This document shows, one piece after another, positions 13,030 to 26,249 of a stretch of 64,000 nt of DNA (within the stretch, counting starts at the first letter, position 1; each line of letters opens with the position of its first letter). The position numbers and the translations under genes are program-made. The notes beneath the pieces were generated by a model, which was not told the origin of the DNA, ran no database searches, and was given only the letters and a program-made list of their open reading frames with translations. Source of the DNA: Felis catus (taxonomy: Eukaryota); contig NC_058386.1 of the NCBI RefSeq assembly GCF_018350175.1, forward strand, positions 10,726,001 to 10,790,000, written 5' to 3'.

Positions 13030-13540
13030 TGGCCTCCCTGCTTCTACCCTTGACTCCCTCCAGCTGGTGCTCTGCACGGCAACCAGAGGTATGCTCTTAA
13101 CATGGAAGGACCCATTTCACTCTTTCACTCAATATCCTCTAGTGGTTTCCCATCTCGTTAAGGCAGTGTCTTCGGCAGAGCTGACAAAGCCCTGTGGCAT
13201 CCACTCCCTCCTCCCCACTGCCTGTGCCCCCCACCTCCATCTACTCCGGCCACACTGGCTTCCTTGCTGTCCCTTCCACAGACCAGGAAAACACCTGCCT
13301 CGGGAACGTTCCCTCTCAAAGGTGTTCTCTCAAACACCAGGATGGCTGCCCCCTCCCCTTCTGCACATCTTCCCCAAATGTCACCTTCTCAGGGAGCCTT
13401 CCTAACCATCCAATTCAGATCTATACACCCCACTCTCCTCCTAGGTATCCATCCTATGCTCCTGATCCCTCTTACCGGATTCATTTTTCTTTTATCTGTA
13501 GGACACATCATCTTTTAATACACGATGCAGCCCACTTATT
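13030..13540. mobile_element. L2 relic
   Basis: ctccggccacactggcttccttgctgt...aaatgtcaccttctcagggagccttcc. Confidence 0.7.
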
Positions 13541-13849
13541 CAGCACAGGCTTCAATGTGTAATTGGCAGGCCAAGAGACTGAGCTCTCCCAGCTCATCTG
13601 CGCTGTGAAAATGTGGAAATCGCCTTTTGTGCCTGTTTTCCTCTCCCAAAATATATATTTTTTTGGCAGAGAAATGAGCACATTGTCTATATAGCCCTAC
13701 ATTTGTCTACTTGTGTATTTATTACAACTGGCCGTGTAAAGGTACATCATATAGGTCATTGCATATGACTTAGGTCTCTACTAATTCTGTTTGAGTCATT
13801 GCCAAATACATTTCCAAAATGGCCCTAACATAAAGACATACTCAATTTC

Positions 13850-14780
13850 ATTGAGATGTATATTTATATTCTTTTTGGAAGGATACTATATGCACATGGT
13901 TCAATAGTCCAAAGATAGAAAAAGGTATACAGTGAAAAATGTCCCTGTCTTCCAGTTCCCCAGTGCCCCTCGCTAGTGGTAACTATTGTTAGCAGTGTCT
14001 TATGTATTCTTACAAACATATTGTATTGCTACCAAAGTAAATTCATACATAATATATAGTTCCCTTTTTTACCCCCAAAGCAGCATACTCCACACACTAT
14101 TCTCTCTACCTTGCTTTTATTAGTAGTTCATCTAGGCGATCATTCTGAATCAGTACGTAAAGATTCTCCTTACGGTTTTGTAGTGGCATGTCATTCCATT
14201 GAGTGTATGTGTCCAAAATTTTTAATTTATTTTTAAATATTTTATTAAAATTTTTAAATAATGTTTATTTATTTTTGAGAGAGAGAGAGAGAGAGAGAGA
14301 GCGCGCGCGCGAGCAGGGGAGAGGCAGAGAGAGAGGGAGACACAGAACCTGAAGCAGGTTCTAGGCTCTGAGCCATCAGCACACAGCCCAATTCAAGACT
14401 CAAACCCATGAACTGTGAGATCATGACCTGAGCTGAAGTCAGATGCTTAACTGACTGAGCCAGCCAGGCTCCCCTAAAGATTTTAAAGTAAATTCTACAC
14501 CCAACGTGGGATTCCAACTTACAACCCAAGATCAAGAGTCACATGCTTGACCAACTGAGACAACTAGGTGCCCCATGCACGTGTCAAAATTACTTAGCCA
14601 GTCCTATACCGGTAGATGTCTGGATGTTGGCATTGTTTCCAATCTTTTGGTATCATAGACAATACCTGTATATATAAGTCATTTTGCACATATACAACTG
14701 TATCTGTAGAATACATTCCTAGAGGTAATTCAATTTGTCACTTTGTGCATTTATAATATTGCTGCATATCTTATTTTTGG
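13850..14780 (-). mobile_element. Ancient L1 (L1ME-like) fragment
   Basis: Degenerate L1 3'UTR motifs (cattccattgagtg..., tgtttccaatcttttg). Confidence 0.55.
14240..14575 (-). mobile_element. CAN-SINE plus adjacent short SINE
   Basis: Two consecutive reverse SINE bodies. Confidence 0.85.
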
Positions 14781-14816
14781 GTATGAGGACACAGGATTTT
14801 CAAGATGTCAACCTCT

Positions 14817-14910
14817 GGGGTGCCTGGCTGGCTCAGTCAGTAGAGCATACGACTCTTGATCTTGGAGTTGTTAGAGCTCTACACTGGGTACAGAGATACT
14901 TAAAAAATAT
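14817..14910 (+). mobile_element. Short CAN-SINE with AT-rich microsatellite tail
   Basis: ggggtgcctggctggctcagtcagtagagcat head. Confidence 0.8.
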
Positions 14911-15099
14911 ATATATTTTACTTAATATATATTACTTTATATACATGACTTATAATATGTGTATATATATACACATATGTATATATGTGTATATATATAC
15001 ACATACACACACACATATCCTCTGTAAATTAATGTGAGATTTCAATGTCATTCCAACCAAAATATCCATAGTATCAGTTTTTGGAACTTTAAGTCCACT

Positions 15100-15600
15100 T
15101 ATGACACACCTTTGCTCTGCATTCACCAATGGCTCCCCATCTTGCTCAGAGAAACAGCCCAAATCTTCATTTTCCCACAAGGCCCTCTTGGATTACTCCC
15201 TGTTACTTCTCTGACCTCATTTCCTTCTCTCTCTCATGCGCTTTGCTCCAGGCACACTGGCCTCTGGTCTCAGGGCCTTTGCACAGTGCTTCTGCTTGTC
15301 CGCACACTTTGTTTCCTCACCTCAACCGCCATATTCTCAATGAAGCCTGTCTTGATCCCCTGGTTTCGTACTTTCCCCACTTCCTATCTTCCTTCCCTAT
15401 TTTGTCTCTCTCCATCTCACTTATCACCCTTTGACACTGCAGGTATTTGACTGATTTGTCTTTCTCTCTCATGCAGCTAGAACGTAAGCACCACGTGGGC
15501 AGATATTTTCCCTGTTCTGGTCACTGCTGTATCCCCAGTGCTTAGACCACTGCCTGGTACTTAGGAGTTGCCCAGTCAACACTGATTGGTTTAAATAAGC
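15100..15600. mobile_element. L2 3' relic
   Basis: tcagggcctttgcacagtgc...tcactgctgtatccccagtgcttagaccactgcctggtac. Confidence 0.75.
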
Positions 15601-17080
15601 ATGTGGAATAGCCGGAACCCTGGGGGGGGGGGGGGAATGATTAACAGGTAAGGGGTGGTGATTAGCTTTACTACATAGTAAAATAGGTTATAAAGCAAAA
15701 CTAATTAAAACAGTTGGGTTTCTGGACCAAGAATAACTTGAGCAGAAGAAGAGAACAGGGTTTGGAAATAGACCCAAATCCATATGAGAACTGGAAACAC
15801 GATGACAGTCACGTACGAAATCAAGACAAGAAAAGATGGATTATTCAATAAATGGGTTTGGAATACCGGTCTAATCACTTGGAGAAAACAAGATGAAAAC
15901 TCTGTCTCCTCTTACACCAGGGAACCAAAGATACACAGTAAAACCCTGGGTTGTGAGCAACTTGTTCTGTGAGTGTTCCACAAGACCAGCAGACATTGCT
16001 GATAAATTTTAACTTGATAAGCGAGCGATGTCTTACAATACAAGTAGCAGGTGATGCCGAACGTTACATGATCACAACTGAGCCAATGGTTCTCGAAATT
16101 CGCTTTGATACGCAAGTGCTTTGGATTACAAGCATGTTTCCGGAATAAATTATGCTCGCAAACCAAGGTTTTACTGTATCTGGAAAAAAAAATCCAACAC
16201 TAAAATTTGGGGGGACTAATTTGTAATCATGGGGACAAGCTTTCTATGCAGGACACAAGACTAAGAAGAGATGTAGGAAAAGATTAATAAATTTCACAAA
16301 AAAACAAAAAAGCTCTCGTAGGGAAAATTGCCACAGACAGAGTTAAAAGACAACACGTACTAGTAAGAACTTTTCAAGATATATGACTTATGACTAATTT
16401 CCGAAAGTTGCAAAAAGCTCTTACTAAATCAGTAAGAAAAAGATGAAGAACCTGACAGAAAAATGGGACAGGACATGAATAAGCAGTTCTCAGAACAAGA
16501 AATCCCAGTGGCCAATAAATAGTGACAAAAGGCTTACTTTCACTTATACTTTTAAACATGCAGATTAAAATATCAAGGAAATACATTTTTTTTCATTATC
16601 AGATCGGCAACGATCCACCAATTTGTTAACAGCTACACTGGCAAAGAAGAGACATACGCATTCTCACTTACTGCTGGGAGAGGGCAGTTTCGGGCGATCT
16701 CTTTGCAGAGCACTTTGGCAATATCTCTGAAAATTAAAGCTGGACGATGCTCTCTGACCCAGCAGGTCCACATCTAGGAACTTGTACTATGGAGACAAGG
16801 AAAAAAGATCAAGGATATACGTTGTAGAATTATTTGCATTAAAAAATAAAACCCCGATTGTCCAATCATAAGGAAACACCAGTTAAATAAACCATTCTGC
16901 ATCCATACAATGGAAATATTCTACAGCCATTTAATAAATTACTTGGGATCTTACATGTGATTATGTGATACAAGATTCAGCAAATGCAAACAACACGTGT
17001 AGTATATTTCTATTTGTGATAGAGTGGACATGCGTATATATTATTGTATATGTATAAAAAGGGTTCTGGAAAGATCTATA
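15600..17080 (+). mobile_element. Ancient L1 (L1ME-like) ORF2 end and 3'UTR
   Basis: gaaatagacccaaat..., ttattcaataaatgg..., gaaaaatgggacaggacatgaataagcagttc motifs. Confidence 0.7.
15936..16176. mobile_element. Tc1/mariner-Tigger(pogo)-type MITE, 241 bp
   Basis: Terminal inverted repeats CAGTAAAACCCTGGGTTGTGAGCA ... TGCTCGCAAACCAAGGTTTTACTG; TA at the right flank (CA at the left). Confidence 0.85.
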
Positions 17081-17200
17081 ATGTAGCAGGTAGTGGGAGT
17101 TAGGTCTATGTTGGGGAGACAAAACTGTGCCTCTCATTTTGTAGCTCCTTTCTGGTTCTCATTTCTTGCACTGTGCATGTGTCACATGTATTATAACAGT

Positions 17201-17204
<4 letters not shown>

Positions 17205-17250
<46 letters not shown>
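17205..17250. repeat. (CA)23 microsatellite
   Basis: Direct reading. Confidence 0.98.
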
Positions 17251-17251
<1 letters not shown>

Positions 17252-17298
17252 GCTAAATTTCACTCTAAAAATTGTCCTAATTCTAAGGAATGAGGTTT

Positions 17299-17478
17299 GG
17301 GGCGCCTGGGTGGCTCAGTCAGTTAAGCATCTGACTTCGGCTCAGGTCATGATCTTGCGATTCCGTGGGTTTGAGCCCCACATCAGGCTCTGTGCTGACA
17401 GTGCAGAGCCTGCTTGGGATTCTGTCTCCCGCTCTCTCTCTCAAACAAATAACCTTTCAAAAATATGAAAAAAAAAAA
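17299..17478 (+). mobile_element. CAN-SINE
   Basis: Head, (CT)n and A tail present. Confidence 0.9.
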
Positions 17479-18023
17479 GTCTCTAATGACATTCATCTCT
17501 ACTGAAATGACTTCAACTATGGAAGGTAGTTTACTCCTCATTCATATTATCTTTGTTAGCAATAACAAAAAGACCTTTCCAGAGGCAGGAAGCTGGAATC
17601 AAAAGAGAATGTATGAAATAAAGGCCTGATTTAAGTCCATGAGATCAAAGGACATTTTCGTCTCCCAATTAAAGAGACATTCCCACTTTCCAATCCAGAG
17701 ACACGGATGATTGGCCCCAAGCCTACTGTAGCCCCAGAGAGCTCGGTTTGCATTCCCAATCTATAGCTACAAGGTGACCCAGGAAAAGTTATCGAGTCCC
17801 TCTCCATCAGTTACGAAGTTGTATATAAAGCAAATCCCCCAAAAACGGCTTAAAAGAGGTAGAGGTTTTTCTTCCCTCTGACACAAGGTAATTCCAGAGT
17901 TGTGCCCTCCGTGGAATTGTGAGATAAGAAATTTGTGTTTAAACTGCTAAGTTAGTTTGTGGCAACGTGTGCCACAGCTGTGGGGAACTAACACAGAGGA
18001 TGGCGGAGCTCGACGGCCCTAGA

Positions 18024-18246
18024 TCAGGCGTCCGCAAACTCTGACCTGGCCCACCAACCAAACCCAGCCCACTGCCTGGTTCTGTAAATAAAAGGCTTTA
18101 CTGGCACACAGCCACACCCGTCTTTGTCATGTGTTGTCTTTGCGCCTGTCTGCCTCTCGTGCTGCCATGTTGGAGCTGAATAGTTGCAACGCCTAAAAGA
18201 TTCACTATCTGGTTCTTTAGAGGAAAAGTTTGCCGACCCCCGCTCT
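18024..18246. mobile_element. MER58A-like hAT-Charlie MITE
   Basis: caggcgtccgcaaact...gtaaataaaaggctttactggcacacagccac...aaaagtttgccgacccc. Confidence 0.85.
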
Positions 18247-18254
18247 AGACGATC

Positions 18255-18600
18255 TCGAGATAACCAGATGACAAAGCAGTTTACTTGGGTGGTGACTCCT
18301 GAAAGCACTGGGGACACAGTAGAGGTGAGATGGGGAAGAAAGGCAGCCAACAGTGTGTGACTGAGCAGGGCATCACTGTGGGTGACTGAGGCTGCATCCT
18401 ACCAGAAAGTTCTGGGAAGCGGCATCGAACAGGCACCTCAGTCATCTATGTGATGTAGGCAAGGGAGCTGGGAATTAATCAACCCCCATCAGTCACTGGT
18501 TGTGCACTGCTGATTCCGTAGTTTGGCGAAAGCCCTTGGGAAAAGAGATGTTAATACAGACAGTCGGAAGTCAGCCTTAAGTGGTAAGTCCTGGCGGGTA
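18255..18600. mobile_element. ERVL LTR33-like relic
   Basis: gtttacttgggtggtgact...cactgtgggtgactgaggctg...agctgggaattaatc. Confidence 0.55.
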
Positions 18601-19849
18601 GAGATGGGGCAAGAACTGAGTCTGCTACAAGCGGGAAAAGGACATGTGTCCGAGTCCAGCTTCTGCCCACGCCCCCACCCCACTAACCATCCCTCCCCCG
18701 AGAAGGAATGACCCATCTAATTGGTGAATTTGGAAGAAGGAGGTGAGCATGCTCGGCTCAAGGTTTCTTGAGTTCTCTTCCAGATTTGTCTGCCCACATA
18801 AAGGGTCCACTCTGTTTTGCTCTCCATTATGAGAGGAGCTCATGGCACGGGCACTGCCCCAGAAATAGCAGAGCCCACACTTAGGTTCAAGTCGGTGAGA
18901 ATGTATTGGAAAGTCTGTTGGCCCCTGGATTTAAGGCCACATTCTTCGGTCATCAACAATGCTGATTATTTCTATCTCCACTTGTTGGACTCTTGAATTT
19001 ATTTTTCAGTTGGTCTTAAACTTGGGTAGAAGGAGGGTTGCAATTTATTAGGCTCTTAAACCCCACAGATGATTATTATTTTTATGGACTGTCTTACTTA
19101 GGTTTGTAACATAATCTCACACGTTACTGTGAAAATCTCAAACAATGCCCAATTTGTGGTCAGTATATTTGTTTCCTTATATGGAACGGGTCTAAGAACA
19201 GAGGACAGAATGTTGTACCAGAAATTTGCTTTCCCAGCTAGCACCCAGAACTGTTTCACTGGAAAGATGACAGGAAAGTGCTGTGTACTGGAAAATGCTC
19301 ATGATAGATTCATACTCTTCTCCTCATAACTTGGGCAACAATGGACTTTTGTGACCTGAAGAGACACACTATATTCTAGAACAGAAATAACAGATGTGCA
19401 TGTCTCCATTGCACAGGGAATGCCATTTACCCCAGAGAAAGCGGAAGGAGCCACAGACGACAGAACAGTAGTGCCTTTTATGGGCTCTTTTTAGAAACTT
19501 GATTCTTATACCCCTTTGCTTTTCACTTCATGCGTGGTTATAATGAGATTCTCTGCCACTTGTATCTGTTCGGTAACAACTTCTATTTCTACCGCACATT
19601 TTTTTTTTTAAAGCTTGAAACATCTCATGAAGCGCTCGCAACAGAAAACAGAAAGAAAAATGATACATGCAGGGAAGCAGAAACGTCAGACAAAGTGAGT
19701 TATTATAAATGCGACTACAGTGGGCAGAGGATGTGAGTCAATAATGGGAGGAAACTGCCATGGCCGTCCTCCATCTTGAATAGCCCAGATCCTGACTGGC
19801 CTGACCCCCGGGGCTTTCTCACAGCATGGCTGGTGGCTACATGTCTCAA

Positions 19850-20352
19850 AGAGGATTAGGTGCCGCCGTCGGTAAAGCAAGACTCTAAATCACAGTAGTT
19901 CAAGAAGACAGAACTTTGCTTCCTCGTGTAAAAGTTAGGGCAGGGCAGTCCAGAGCTGGTGTGGCTGTTGTGCTTCCTGCAGTCCTCAAGGGTCCAGGCT
20001 CCCTTCCTCTCACTGCTCCCCAATCCCCAGGATGCGACCTTCCATCTATGGTGTGAGATGACTGGGACTCTAGCCACCACATGGGAATTCTGGGCAGCAG
20101 AAGAGGCAAGGGGTGAAGAAGAAAACTGCACCACGGTATGTGCCTGCTGTCTTTTGAAGGAGGTGCCTGACAGCAGCCATGGGACGCTTTCGTTCACACC
20201 TCATTACCCAGGACATAGACACACAGCCACATCTAACTGCAAGGGAGGCTAGGAAACGTGGTGTCTCCATAGGTCCAGCTAAAAATCACAGTTCCTATGA
20301 CTATGGAAGAAGGGAATTGGATATTGGGAGACAACCAACAGTCTCTGCCACA
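19850..20352. mobile_element. Old MaLR LTR (MLT1J-like)
   Basis: ggcagtccagagctggtgtggc...cacagccacatctaactgcaagggaggctaggaaa...cagtctctgccaca. Confidence 0.65.
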
Positions 20353-20471
20353 ATGAGCTGGAAATGGATCACTGGGGTGTGGTCTCCACGTGCTGTTCCC
20401 AAATGCTGGTCCTCGGAAGCAGTGCCAACCCCCCGACAAAGTATTCACTGGGCTCTGCTGAAACGTAGACA

Positions 20472-20705
20472 GGGGCGCCCGGGTGGCTCAGTTGGTGAGG
20501 CGCCAGACCCTTGATTTCGGCCCAGGTCACGATCTTACCATCGTGAGATCTAGCCCTGCATCGGGCTCTGTGATGGGCGTGCAGCCTGCTGGAGATTCTC
20601 TCTTTCCTTCTCCCTCTGCCCCTTCCCCACTCCCCCACACATGCGTGTGCACTCTCTCTCAAAATAAATAAGTAAATAAGTAAATAAATAATTGATTTCA
20701 AAAAG
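20472..20705 (+). mobile_element. CAN-SINE with TSD
   Basis: TSD aaacgtagacag / aaatgtagacag. Confidence 0.9.
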
Positions 20706-20750
20706 AAATGTAGACAGATTTGTGCAATGTGGTTTTTTTTAATACTTATC

Positions 20751-20766
20751 TTTAAAGTTTATTTAT

Positions 20767-20805
<39 letters not shown>

Positions 20806-20978
20806 ACGAGCAGGGTAGGGGCAGAGAGAGAGAGGGAGAGAGAGAATCCCAAGCTGACTCTGTGCTGCCAGCACGGAGCCCAACTCGGGGCTCGAATGCA
20901 CAAACCATGAGATCATGACCTGAGCTGAAATCAAGACTCGGATGCTTAACCGACTAAGCCCCCCCCCCCAGGCTCCCC
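20751..20978 (-). mobile_element. CAN-SINE, tail-to-tail with the previous element
   Basis: Reverse SINE with a long (GA)n. Confidence 0.9.
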
Positions 20979-21209
20979 AGTAGTTATTTTTTGAGGGACT
21001 CCATAGGAACATCTGTGGGGCTTCCTAAGACCCTGTCCACCTCTGCCACCCTCAGACACATGGGGAACATGCTTTTGTGCCCATGCCTGGCTGCCCGAGA
21101 CCCATTTGCCACAGACCGAGGGGCCATGATTTTTCTAGGGTCTTACTCCTGCCACAGGATTCCACCCAGGAGGCGAGACACAACCTCTTCTGGGATACCT
21201 AGGTCAGGT

Positions 21210-21625
21210 CCGTATTAATTAGAAAGCTTTTGGCTGCAAGTCAAGTGGTTTAAAAATATGGATTGAATCATCTCACGTGACAAGAAGGTTGGAAGCAGAC
21301 AGGCTACTTCTTTGCCGTTCTCTTGGCTTCCTGCTCTTAGTCATAAAATATTTGCTTGGCACTAAGTATCACATTGTCTCATGACCACATCCAAAGCAGG
21401 GAGGAGTGGTCCTTTGCTTTCTTTCAAGGAGGAAGAGTCTTTCCAGAACTCTTCTCCTTAATAACTCATTGGGCAGAACTGGGTCACATGGCACCCCTAA
21501 ACCACCCGCTGGCAAAGGGCGGGATCACCATGGCTGGATTAGAACAATGACGATTCACTCCCTGGAGCTCAACACATTGTCACCCAATACCTGAACAGCA
21601 TCAGGGTTCAGGACAACCGTTGGTG
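21210..21625. mobile_element. Old MaLR LTR (MLT1K/L-like)
   Basis: ttttggctgcaagt...cattgggcagaactgggtcacatggcaccccta. Confidence 0.6.
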
Positions 21626-23071
21626 TCTGTCACAGCTTCTTTCTGTCCTCTCTTGCCTCCGGCTTTTCTGGGGGAAGGGTTACAAAACCCAAAATGTATC
21701 TGCTTGTGTAACTGCCCCTCCTGGGACAGGAGACTGGGGAATGGCTGAGAGAGGGTGACGACACATTGTTGAAACTGATCTCCTGTTCTCCAAAGTCTAT
21801 GCTATTTGCACATAGGAGTTCCACTTATCCCTCCCGAACGTGAGGCTGTTGGAACCCAAGAGCCCAAAGGTGACTCTTACTTTCTCTATTTCCGGATCTC
21901 ATCTCTTCCCAGAGTTAATGAATGGCTGAGCAGGGGTAGGGTTCCAGAGGAGAACCCTTTCTTTCGCATTCACCGGTATCCCCAGGTAGACAGCAGCTCC
22001 TTGAGGGCGGAGGCTTGCTTTGCTCTCCCCAGCACCTGACAGCCCGGACGGCGAGCTCTCATGCAGTACAGATGCAAACAGTAAAAGACCTCGCCCAGGG
22101 GCAGGAAAGGTAGCTGTCAACTAGTCAGCGGGTTCGAACACTAACTGTTGTACTCCTAAGTCAAAAAAGATGACATTTCAGCTCTCCAGAGTTTCTGATT
22201 TTCCTGAAAGGGAACATCCAGATCGGGAAGCCAGGCAAACTAGCCGAAGCCGAGCTAATTAGAATACGGCTGGGGTCACCACAGGATTGATAAATCCTCT
22301 CTGTTTCACAGAAAGGGTATGGAAAGGAATTGTAAAAGTTGAAAAGTGTTCAAGACGGGAGGGAATGCCTCCAGTGCTATGAGGCCAACGGAAACACGGT
22401 AAAGAATCCCTTGAAATCATGCAGACGGTTATACTCTGAGGAAGAGTAGCTAGAGAGTTCAAGCTTACCTACGAAGAGCTTTCTTAACAGAGGACTGAGA
22501 AGCTACTGTCTACATTAGGTAGAAACGCAGAAAAAGCCCCGAGGTGGTCAAAGATTAGAGTTATAGAGCCATAGCGGAGAATTTCTTTCTCACCGTAGAC
22601 AAGACCTTCTTTGTATTCCTTCCTTCCTTCCCTCCCTCCAAGTGGTTGACACCTTACATTAATTTCAAGTGTACCACACAGTGATTCGACAGCTCTATAC
22701 GTTACGCTGTGCTCGCCACAAGGGTGGCCGCCATCTGTCACCATGCAGTGCTATTACACTTCCAGTGACCGTATTCCCCAGGCCGTATCTTTCATCCCCG
22801 TGACTTACTCATTCCGAACTGAAGCCCGTATCTCCCACACCCCTTTGCCCATTCTGCCTATGTCCCCACCCCACTCTCCCCTGCCAACGATCTGTTCCTT
22901 CTCTGTATTTATGGGTCTGGTTCTGCTTTTTGTTTATTCATTTGTTTTGGTTTTGAGATTCCACATATAACTGAAGTCAGGTGGCATTTGTCTTTCTCTG
23001 ACTTATTTCACTGAGCACCATGCCCTCCGGACCCATCCATTTTATAAGACCTTCTTCATATTTCTCAGCCT

Positions 23072-23292
23072 TTTAAAAAATTTTTTTAATTTTTATTTAT
23101 TTTTGAGAGAAAGAGAGACGGAATGCGAGTGGGGTAGGGGCAAAGAGAGAGGAAGACACCGAATCTGAAGCAGGCTCCAGGCTCTGAGCCGTCAGCACAG
23201 AGCCCGACTTGGGGCTCGAGCCCACGAACTGTAAGATCATGACTTGAGCCGAAGTCGGACTCCCAACCACCAACTGAGCCACCCAGGTGCCC
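23072..23292 (-). mobile_element. CAN-SINE
   Basis: TSD tcagcctttt on both sides. Confidence 0.9.
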
Positions 23293-23370
23293 TATCAGCC
23301 TTTTTTATAACAGCTTTGTTGAGATATAATCCACATCCCATACAATTTACCCATCTAAAATGTATGATTT

Positions 23371-23572
23371 GGGGCACTTCAGTGGCACAGTTAAGCGTCT
23401 GGCTTCGGCTCAGGTCATAATCTCATGGTTTGTGAGTTCGAGCCCCGTGTCGGGCCCTGCGCTGCTGGTGTGGAGCCTCCTTGGGATTCCCTCTCCCTGC
23501 CCCTTCCCCGTTTGTGCTACTTCTCTAAATAAAGAAATAAACCTAAAAACTTTTTTAAATAAAAAAATAAAA
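23371..23572 (+). mobile_element. CAN-SINE inside an L1 3' end
   Basis: TSD aaaatgtatgattt / aaaatgtgcaattt. Confidence 0.85.
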
Positions 23573-24056
23573 TGTGCAATTTAGTGATGTTTTTTAGCAC
23601 GTTCACAGAGCTGTGCAACCACCACCACAATCAACGTTTGAACATTTTCATCACCCTGAAAAGAAACCCCGAACTCGTTAACATTCCCTTTCTCTTCAGT
23701 CTCCTCACCCTCGCAACCACCAATCAATCTACTTTCTGTCTCTATGGATTCCCCTTTTCTGGACAGTTCACAAGATGGAATTGCCCAATATTTAGATACT
23801 GTACGTGGCCGTGAACTTCGCCATCCTCATAAATTGCATTGCTACAGTTAAACAGCCTGGAGAAAGCCATGTTTGTCATTAAATGGGCATAATCACATAA
23901 GTAGGCCATTGTCCAGGCATATACAGAAAAAGAGATGGGATGATCATTGATTCCCTTAAAATATCTGTGTTATCTGAAAATTAATACTAACATGGGAAGG
24001 CCATATTTTTGACTTATAGTATTATTAGTGTTGTTTTTATAAAAAATGTTGTTCCT

Positions 24057-24292
24057 GGGGGCACCTGGGTGGCTCAGACAGTTAAGCGTCTGACTTCAGC
24101 TCAGGTCATGATCTCAAGGTCCGTGAGTTCGAGCCCCATGTCGGGCTCTGTGCTGACAGCTCAGATCCTGGAGCCTGCTTGGGATTCTGTGGCTCCCTCT
24201 CTGTCCTTCCCCGCCCCCCCCCCCCACACACACTCTGTCTCTCTCTCCCTCCATCTCTCTCTCACAAGTAAACATTAAAAAAATTTTTTTTA
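24057..24292 (+). mobile_element. CAN-SINE
   Basis: TSD aatgttgttcctgg / aatgtttttcctgg. Confidence 0.9.
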
Positions 24293-24626
24293 ATGTTTTT
24301 CCTGGTATTTCCTTACTCCTTTGGTCTTCCCACAAACTCACAAATTGGAGCTCTGCCCTTCTGTCTGTGCTCATTACGGAGGGAAGGGTTGAGATGGGAA
24401 AGTAGAGCAAAGAAGAACCTCTTCCAGGCTTTTAAAGTTCAAAAGCCATGCCCTTCCACCAGACTTGTGCAGCCCTGTGAGGTGGGCCCTGTTCTGTGGC
24501 ACTGTGGGGGCCCAGAGTGCGCTGGCCAGGGGCTGTGTCCCCCTGGAGGGAGGGGTGCTTTGGTCTCCTGGGCTAGCAGCCTCCTTCTCAGCGGAGAACC
24601 AAAAAGCGTAAGATTTGGCCACACCT

Positions 24627-24860
24627 GGGGCACCTGGGTGGCTCAGTCGGTTAAGTGTCTGACTCTTGATTTCGGCTCAGGTCATGATCTCAAGGTTTGT
24701 GAGATCAAGCCCCACATTGGACTCTGCACTGACAGTGTGGACCCTGCTTGGGATTCTGTCTCTCCCTCTCTGACCCTCCCCACCTCTCTCTTGCACCCGT
24801 GCTCGCTCTCTCTCTCTCTCTCTCAAATAAATAAACTTTTTTAAAAAACTTAAAAAGAAA
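24627..24860 (+). mobile_element. CAN-SINE
   Basis: Head, (CT)n and A tail present. Confidence 0.9.
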
Positions 24861-25045
24861 TTTGGTAACAGATGTCAGAGAGTACTTGAGTCAGAACCAG
24901 GCTTCGCACACAGACCCAACACACAGACGGCAGAGGGACTCGGAGAGGTGAGATCATATCCTTTCCCCCTTTCAAAACCTCAGCTTGCTTCTCGCTGCAC
25001 CTGGTACAAATCTACACTCATTTCCACCCATGCCGACCGCAAACC

Positions 25046-25215
25046 AGTACTGTCCGATACGACTTTGTGGGATGACGGCAATGATCTGTTCTGTGCCATC
25101 CATGTGGCTGCGGAGCATACGAAGTGTGGCCAGGGTGACTAAAGAACTGCATTCTAAAGTAATTTCCGTTTAAGCGTCACACGTGGCTAGTAGCTACCGT
25201 CCTGGAAAGTGCGGA
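25046..25215. mobile_element. MER3-like MITE
   Basis: cagtactgtccgatacgactttgtgggatga...cacacgtggctagtagctaccgtcctgg. Confidence 0.7.
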
Positions 25216-25264
25216 CATTGAACATTTCCACCATTTCATTGAAGACGTTGGTATTAGATAGCGT

Positions 25265-25660
25265 TGTTCCTTCAGAAACCAGCCTTGAGACAGGGTGTGG
25301 AATTTACTGGGAAGGGTCAGGGAGGGGGGAAGATGAGACCTGAGAGGAAGAGAGCCAGAAAAGAACAGGGCCGCACTGTGAGCACCTAGAGCCCAGGGAC
25401 GCAGGGAACTCTGGTGATCCGTGCAGAGCACACACGGATGATCTCAGAATCGTCCCACTCAGGGGGTACAGGACTTGGTGTATTTCTCCATTAATTCCCA
25501 CCAGTCATTGATTGAGGGTGGCTCTCAGGGGGTGTTAATTCTCGAGCATTTCCACCCGCCCAGAGCATGGCCCGGGAAGTCTCTGTGGCCCCAACGACGC
25601 TTCAAGCCAAGTCATGAGGGCAGTGGTTGTGTTGACGGGGCCTGAGGTCTGGGGGCACCG
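25265..25660. mobile_element. ERVL LTR33-like relic
   Basis: Similar motif order to 18255-18600 (cagtcattgattgaggg...gttaattc). Confidence 0.55.
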
Positions 25661-26249
25661 GCAGTGGCTGCCCCCCTCCCACTCCTGACCCCCCAGTCTG
25701 CTCTCCAGATAGGACTGTAATGTTTCACGCATATCCTTAGAGACATTTTTGCATGTATAAATATAAATACACATAATACCTGTAAATAAATTTCTTAGTT
25801 TTCCATTTATGCAAATGGGATCATTCCACACGCAGTCTCTTGCCCGTTGCCTTTGGCGCTTAATAGTTTACCCTGGAGCCATTTCATCGTAGTTGTTTCT
25901 TTCATTTCCCCGCTCGGCTGTCTTTATCACGAAGAAGTTCAGACTCAGAAAAAGAGCCGCAACGGCTTGGCTGCAAGAATGCAAAGAGATTTGTGTTTAG
26001 CTTATGGATTTAAAAGGCAAGCTGTTTGTTGAGACTGCAGAGTTTGGTTCAAGGCATTGCAGGATGGTGTGATTTTCCTGTTAAAAACAAATGGGAATTT
26101 GCTTGGTGATAAACTCAGGCAGTGTGTGGGCTGATTAGACAATAGAGTCTGCAATCAATAGATTAACCTCCTAGGATGATTGCAGTCGCAGAAGGCAGCT
26201 GTCTCCGGGGTCGGGCGTCCTGCCCGGCAGAGAAGCCTCGTGAGCCCCG

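Larger units (their letters stand above)
22640..23800 (-). mobile_element. L1 3'-end fragments
   Basis: gattccacatataactgaagtc...tttctctgacttatttcactgagca, and gagatataatccacat...aacattttcatcacc motifs. Confidence 0.75.
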
